Positions 59,762 through 64,000 of a stretch of 64,000 nt of DNA are shown here, piece after piece; the stretch's first letter is position 1; each line of letters begins with the position of its first letter. Made by a program: the position numbers and the translations under genes. The stretch comes from Candidatus Oxydemutator sp. GTDB lineage: Bacteria; Pseudomonadota; Gammaproteobacteria; Poriferisulfidales; Oxydemutatoraceae. A model generated the notes under the pieces. That model was not told where the DNA came from. It searched no databases and saw nothing but the letters and a program-made list of their open reading frames with translations. The stretch is taken from contig OZ241883.1 of NCBI GenBank assembly GCA_965203445.1, positions 1,152,001 to 1,216,000 of the forward strand, read 5' to 3'.

Positions 59762-61017
59762 ACGAACCGGCCAAACTGTTCATCACCTATTCGCATCGGG
59801 ACAAAGACGCGAAGGACAAACTGAGCGAGCACCTTGCGGTGATGGCCCGAAATGGGGAGATAGAAACTTGGCACGACAACGAAATTCTCCCGGGCGACCA
59901 ATGGAAGGAAAAAATATCCGACCGTCTCGCCGGTTCGGATATTCTGCTTTATCTTACTTCCGCGGCCAGCCTCGCCTCCGAAAACTGTAACAAGGAACTG
60001 GTCGAAGCGCTGCAAAGTGGGGAAAGAATACAGCCAATTCCCATCATCCTTGAAGCTTGCGACTGGAAGCAACATAAGCTCAGTCAGTTTGAGGTGCTCC
60101 CCCACAAAGGCAAACCCGTCAACAAGTGGGAGCCTGAGGGCAAAGGCTGGCAAAGCGTAGTTGAAGGCATACGCAAAGTTGCCCAGGAAACCCGCCGGCC
60201 TATACAAGAAGAGCATAGTGAACCACTGGCTGACGCGCTGCTGGAAAATGGTAATTTTTTTATGATGCTGGGGCAGCTGGCAAGCGCGATAGACGCTTAT
60301 TCACAAGCCATTAAGATCAAGCCGGATTTTGTCGAAGCCTATCGCAACCGCGGCGCTGCCCACGGTATGAAAGACGAACATGACCAAGCCATCGAGGACT
60401 TCACCCGCGCTATCGAACTACAGCCAGATTTTGCCAAAGCCTATTGCAACCGCGGCATCGTCTACAGCAGGACAGGCGAACAGGGCCAGGCCGTCCGAGA
60501 CCTCACCCGCGCGATTGAACTACGGCCGGATTTTGCCAGAGCCTATAACAGCCGCGGTGTTGCTTACGGCAGGAAAGGTAAATTTGATGAAGCTATCAGA
60601 AACTTCGACCAGGCCATTGCGCTCCAGCCAGATTATGCCGAGGCCTATTACAATCGCAGCATTACCTACGAGAGGCGAGGCAACCTTGACCAGGCCATCG
60701 AGGATTATAATAAAGCCGCTGATACCTATATCAAGCGCGGCAACGCTCATGGCAGGAAAGGCGACTATGGCCGAGCCATTCGGGACTACAACCATTCCAT
60801 TGCGCTCAATTCAGATGATGCTGCCGCCTATTGCAATCGAGGTATGTTCTGGTTGCTCAAGCAAACATGGGATAAAGCCAAGTTGGATTTGAGGACCGCC
60901 AGGGACAAGGGCGCGGACATTGCCGAACTGTTTTCCAATGACTATGGCAGCGTTTCAGCCTTTGAAGAAAAATACCATCAACTGCCGGAGAACATCAAAA
61001 ATATGCTGACCGCATGA
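59758..61017 (+). CDS. TIR-domain + TPR protein (about 7 TPRs, one shortened)
   Basis: TIR near-identical to 57074; TPR5 lacks its IELNPx linker. Confidence 0.9.
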   Translation: MNEPAKLFITYSHRDKDAKDKLSEHLAVMARNGEIETWHDNEILPGDQWKEKISDRLAGSDILLYLTSAASLASENCNKELVEALQSGERIQPIPIILEACDWKQHKLSQFEVLPHKGKPVNKWEPEGKGWQSVVEGIRKVAQETRRPIQEEHSEPLADALLENGNFFMMLGQLASAIDAYSQAIKIKPDFVEAYRNRGAAHGMKDEHDQAIEDFTRAIELQPDFAKAYCNRGIVYSRTGEQGQAVRDLTRAIELRPDFARAYNSRGVAYGRKGKFDEAIRNFDQAIALQPDYAEAYYNRSITYERRGNLDQAIEDYNKAADTYIKRGNAHGRKGDYGRAIRDYNHSIALNSDDAAAYCNRGMFWLLKQTWDKAKLDLRTARDKGADIAELFSNDYGSVSAFEEKYHQLPENIKNMLTA

Positions 61018-61036
61018 GGACTTCCATTTTATTATT

Positions 61037-61230
61037 CCCTCACCCGGCCTTCGGCCACCCTCTTCCGTTCTTTATTCCCTCTCCCCCTCTGGGGGAGAAC
61101 CTTCATCTTCCCCCTCTCCCTCTGGGAGAGGGCCGGGGTGAGGGCCCTTGCATAACTCCTCACCCTCACCCGGCCTGTGGCCACCCTCTCCCAGAGGGAG
61201 AGGGTTTGGTTGACAGGAATATCCCCTGCA
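61037..61230. repeat. Expanded cluster of palindromic elements
   Basis: Multiple CCCTCACCCGGCC.TxGGCCACCCTCTCC and CCCTCTCCC..GGGAGAGGG units, including an inverted one. Confidence 0.8.
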
Positions 61231-61234
61231 AAAG

Positions 61235-62023
61235 ATGAACCGGCTTTCTGAACAAGTGGACAGTTATTACAGTTGGCTGCGGGCGAAGACGCATCTGCCC
61301 GCGGCAGGCGACAACGGCTGGCATTTGATTTCCACTCCTTTCCTGGGGTTGTTTAACGACACCATAGAGATATACGCCAGAAAGCGGGGCGACAACATCG
61401 TTCTCTCGGATGACGGCAAAACCTTGCACGACCTGGAACTGACGGGGATTTCCTTTTCCCGCTCATCCGCCCGCAAAGAGGCGCTGGAGCAGGTGTTGCT
61501 CAACTACGGCATTACGGAAAACCAGGGCGAATTGACGGTGCACGCGCAAGAGACCAATTTTCCGCAAAAGAAACACGACCTGATTCAGGCGATGCTGGAG
61601 ATCGGAGAGCTCCAGGTGCCGGCAAAGCATACCGTCGCCAAAGTTTTCAAGGACGACGTGCGCGCTTATCTGGATGAGCAGGAAATTGTCTATACGCCCC
61701 AGTTTATTTCCAAGGGTGCCGTCGGCATTGAGTTCACGTTTGATTTTCAAGTGGCCTACCGGGAAAGGGAAATTGTGTTGAAGTGCTTCAACGGCATCAA
61801 CAAAACCTCGTTGTCCAGTTTTTTGTTCATGTGGAAGGACATCAGTCCATTCAGGCGGGAGCTGACCGACAAGGACATATCGGGGCTTGCCTTCGTCAAT
61901 AACGAAGACAAGAACATCAAACGCGAATTTTTGGACGCCCTGAAGTCCGGCGGCGCGGATTACATCCTGTGGCAGGACCGACACGCGCCCGCAAACCTTG
62001 CAAAACTGAAAGAAGCCGCATAA
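61235..62023 (+). CDS. DUF1828/DUF1829-like protein
   Basis: ISTPFLGLFNDTIEIY...LSDDGKTL...FKDDV...SKGAVGIEFTFDF pattern. Confidence 0.7.
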   Translation: MNRLSEQVDSYYSWLRAKTHLPAAGDNGWHLISTPFLGLFNDTIEIYARKRGDNIVLSDDGKTLHDLELTGISFSRSSARKEALEQVLLNYGITENQGELTVHAQETNFPQKKHDLIQAMLEIGELQVPAKHTVAKVFKDDVRAYLDEQEIVYTPQFISKGAVGIEFTFDFQVAYREREIVLKCFNGINKTSLSSFLFMWKDISPFRRELTDKDISGLAFVNNEDKNIKREFLDALKSGGADYILWQDRHAPANLAKLKEAA

Positions 62024-62225
62024 AAGACAGGCTTGAGGAAGCTGTTTCATTACCCCCCTCTCCCTCCGGAAGAGGGCTTCTTCATTCTCCCTCTCCCCAT
62101 CAAAAACATAATCTATAATCGAACAAAAGCCGACCACCCAATCCAACCAGAGCACAATCTCAGCCGAACCGAAATCACCGTTAATGGTAATCTACAATAA
62201 ACGGGCATTTTGAGGCCGACGAACC

Positions 62226-63029
62226 ATGTCGCACCGAGATCGCCCCTTCGACGTCCAACCTATTCCTGCCGCCGGTCTGTCGGACCTCAATCTGGTTGGG
62301 TTTGAAAACGAGTATCTGCCCCGGGCGTTTTCCGATGAGGTGCTGGCCGCCAATGATCGCAGTCTGCATCAGCAACTCGCCGCCACAAAAATGATCGCAG
62401 CCGGCGCGCAGCCGGACGCCGATCAGGTCGCCGCGACTGTGCTCGGCCTTCTCACCATCGGCAAGAACCCGCAGGATTTTCTGCCCGGCGCCTACGTGCA
62501 ATTTCTCAGGATCAACGGCACCGAACGCAGCGACGACATCAGCGACGACGAGACCATGCGCGGCGCGATTCCCGACCTGCTCCGGCGCGTAGACGACAAG
62601 TTGACGGCGCACAACCGCGTCGCGGTCGCCATCGCCACCGGCACGGTCGAACGACGCACCGCGCTATATCCCGTCGAGGCGCTGCAACAAATCATCTGGA
62701 ACGCCGTCATGCACCGGACATATGAGGCGACCAACGCGCCGATCCATATTTACTGGTTCGACGACCGCATCGAGATCACCAGTCCCGGCGGCGCGTTTGG
62801 CATGGTCGCCGCCGACAACTTCGGGCAACCCGGCATCGTTGATTACCGCAACCCCAATCTGGCGGACGCGATGAAAACGCTCGGCTATGTCCAGCGCTTT
62901 GGCGTGGGAATATCCATCGCCAAACGGCAGTTGGCGGACGCGGGACATCCGCCGCCCGAGTTCGATATTTCCGCCAATCACGTGCAGGTCACAATCCGGC
63001 GCGTCGCACCCGCAGGGATGAAAAAATGA
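62226..63029 (+). CDS. RecG-C/HATPase_c_4-type ATP-binding protein lacking its N-terminal AlbA_2 domain (probably truncated)
   Basis: YPVEALQQIIWNAVMHRTY, DRIEITSPGG, RNPNLA, VQRFGVGI. Confidence 0.7.
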   Translation: MSHRDRPFDVQPIPAAGLSDLNLVGFENEYLPRAFSDEVLAANDRSLHQQLAATKMIAAGAQPDADQVAATVLGLLTIGKNPQDFLPGAYVQFLRINGTERSDDISDDETMRGAIPDLLRRVDDKLTAHNRVAVAIATGTVERRTALYPVEALQQIIWNAVMHRTYEATNAPIHIYWFDDRIEITSPGGAFGMVAADNFGQPGIVDYRNPNLADAMKTLGYVQRFGVGISIAKRQLADAGHPPPEFDISANHVQVTIRRVAPAGMKK

Positions 63030-64000
63030 CGGTTCCCGTACTGACTTTCTTCAACCACAAGAGCGGGGTCGGCAAAACTTCGCTGGTTTATCACTTGTCG
63101 TGGATGCTGTCCGACCTCGGCTATCGAGTGCTCGCCTGCGACTTGGATCCGCAGGCCAACTTGAGCGCCGCGTTTCTGGACGAAGATCGGCTGGAGGAGA
63201 TTGGGCGCAAAGACACGGCTGTGGCAGCGGGGAAGACCATCATGCAATGCGTCCAACCGCTGACGGAAGCGGGCGATATTCGGCCCCCGCAACTTGTCCA
63301 AATCACGCCCGAGTTGCACCTGATCCCGGGAGATTTGGCCGTGGCCGGTTTTGAAGAAACCCTGTCGGCGGAATGGCCCAACGCATCGGGTTCCGGCAAT
63401 CTGTATCGTCCGTTTCGCATCCTGACCGCGTTCTCGACCGTTATGCGGGAGGGCGCGGAGCAGATGGACGCCTCGGTTGTCATAGCCGACGTCGGCCCCA
63501 ATCTCGGCGCCGTCAACCGCTCGGCGCTGATAGCGACCGACCACGTCGTCGTGCCGTTGGGCGCGGACCTGTTTTCCCTGCAAGGCTTGCGCAATCTCGG
63601 CCCGACCCTGCATCGGTGGCGAGAGGATTGGAGAAAGCGAAAAGAACGCTGGCCGCAACCCGATTTTCCCTTGCCCGCCGGAGGCATGAAACCCATCGGC
63701 TATACCGTGCAACAACACGGCATACGCCTAAGCCACCCGATAATGGCGTATGACAAGTGGGTGAATCAAATGCCGGAGGAGTACGCCCGCAACCTGCTCG
63801 GAGACGACCAAGGCCCGTATCCCCCGACGCCGACCGAAGACAAAGAACACGCCCTTGCCACCGTCAAGCACTACCGCAGCCTGGTGCCGATGGCACAGGA
63901 AGCGCGCAAGCCCATCTTTCATCTCACCCCGGCCGACGGCGCCATCGGCAGCCACGCCGCCGCCCGCAACGACGCCCGCCGGGACTTCAAGCTTCTGGCC
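63026..64000 (+). CDS. ParA-family ATPase, runs off the window end
   Basis: Own translation MTVPVLTFFNHKSGVGKTSLVYHL...CDLDPQANL...DVGPNLGAVNR. Confidence 0.85.
   Translation, partial: MTVPVLTFFNHKSGVGKTSLVYHLSWMLSDLGYRVLACDLDPQANLSAAFLDEDRLEEIGRKDTAVAAGKTIMQCVQPLTEAGDIRPPQLVQITPELHLIPGDLAVAGFEETLSAEWPNASGSGNLYRPFRILTAFSTVMREGAEQMDASVVIADVGPNLGAVNRSALIATDHVVVPLGADLFSLQGLRNLGPTLHRWREDWRKRKERWPQPDFPLPAGGMKPIGYTVQQHGIRLSHPIMAYDKWVNQMPEEYARNLLGDDQGPYPPTPTEDKEHALATVKHYRSLVPMAQEARKPIFHLTPADGAIGSHAAARNDARRDFKLLA

Noticed and set aside
54490-60880. DGR-like pattern: the codon after AY in the TPRs is nearly always NNC (AAC, TAC, TGC, TTC, CGC, ATC)
   Set aside because: No reverse transcriptase or template repeat in the window; Y/N/C/F are ordinary at this TPR position, and many differences do not involve adenines.
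61014-61238. 74-aa ORF with PHPAFGHPLP repeats
   Set aside because: It is only the translation of the palindromic repeat cluster.
53788-62225. CRISPR array or classical integron
   Set aside because: Repeats are gene-spaced and degenerate; no cas or intI gene and no convincing attC RYYYAAC/GTTRRRY ends were seen.

Overview
High-GC bacterial chromosome segment. The core genes look gammaproteobacterial, and a host-associated lifestyle such as a sponge symbiont is only an inference. The left half (1-27.4 kb) is mostly housekeeping and metabolism: a porin, an orphan NHLP-type RiPP precursor, a fwdD-B-A-ftr-fwdC-ferredoxin-FNR C1-oxidation operon divergent from pntAAB, moxR, tRNA-Ser, nudB-yebC-ruvCAB-tolQRAB-cpoB-queEC (with no pal), yeeE, and rplM-rpsI. 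The right half (27.4-64 kb) is an accessory/defence region around a second tRNA-Ser. It holds an AAA ATPase, GmrSD, an orphan DNA MTase, a CopA-like oxidase, a 2934-aa repeat adhesin, a Dam-like R-M pair, a deleted IS3, a broken VapBC, and a PLD-helicase plus Eco57I-class MTase. The most striking structure follows this MTase. It is an array of TIR-TPR, FRG-TPR, FRG and other genes, most of them preceded by a decayed copy of a type IIG MTase C-terminal coding sequence containing TATAAT, and most followed by a palindromic repeat. This looks like a cassette array built by repeated replacement of the MTase 3' end. All family assignments come from motifs read by eye; no database searches were run.
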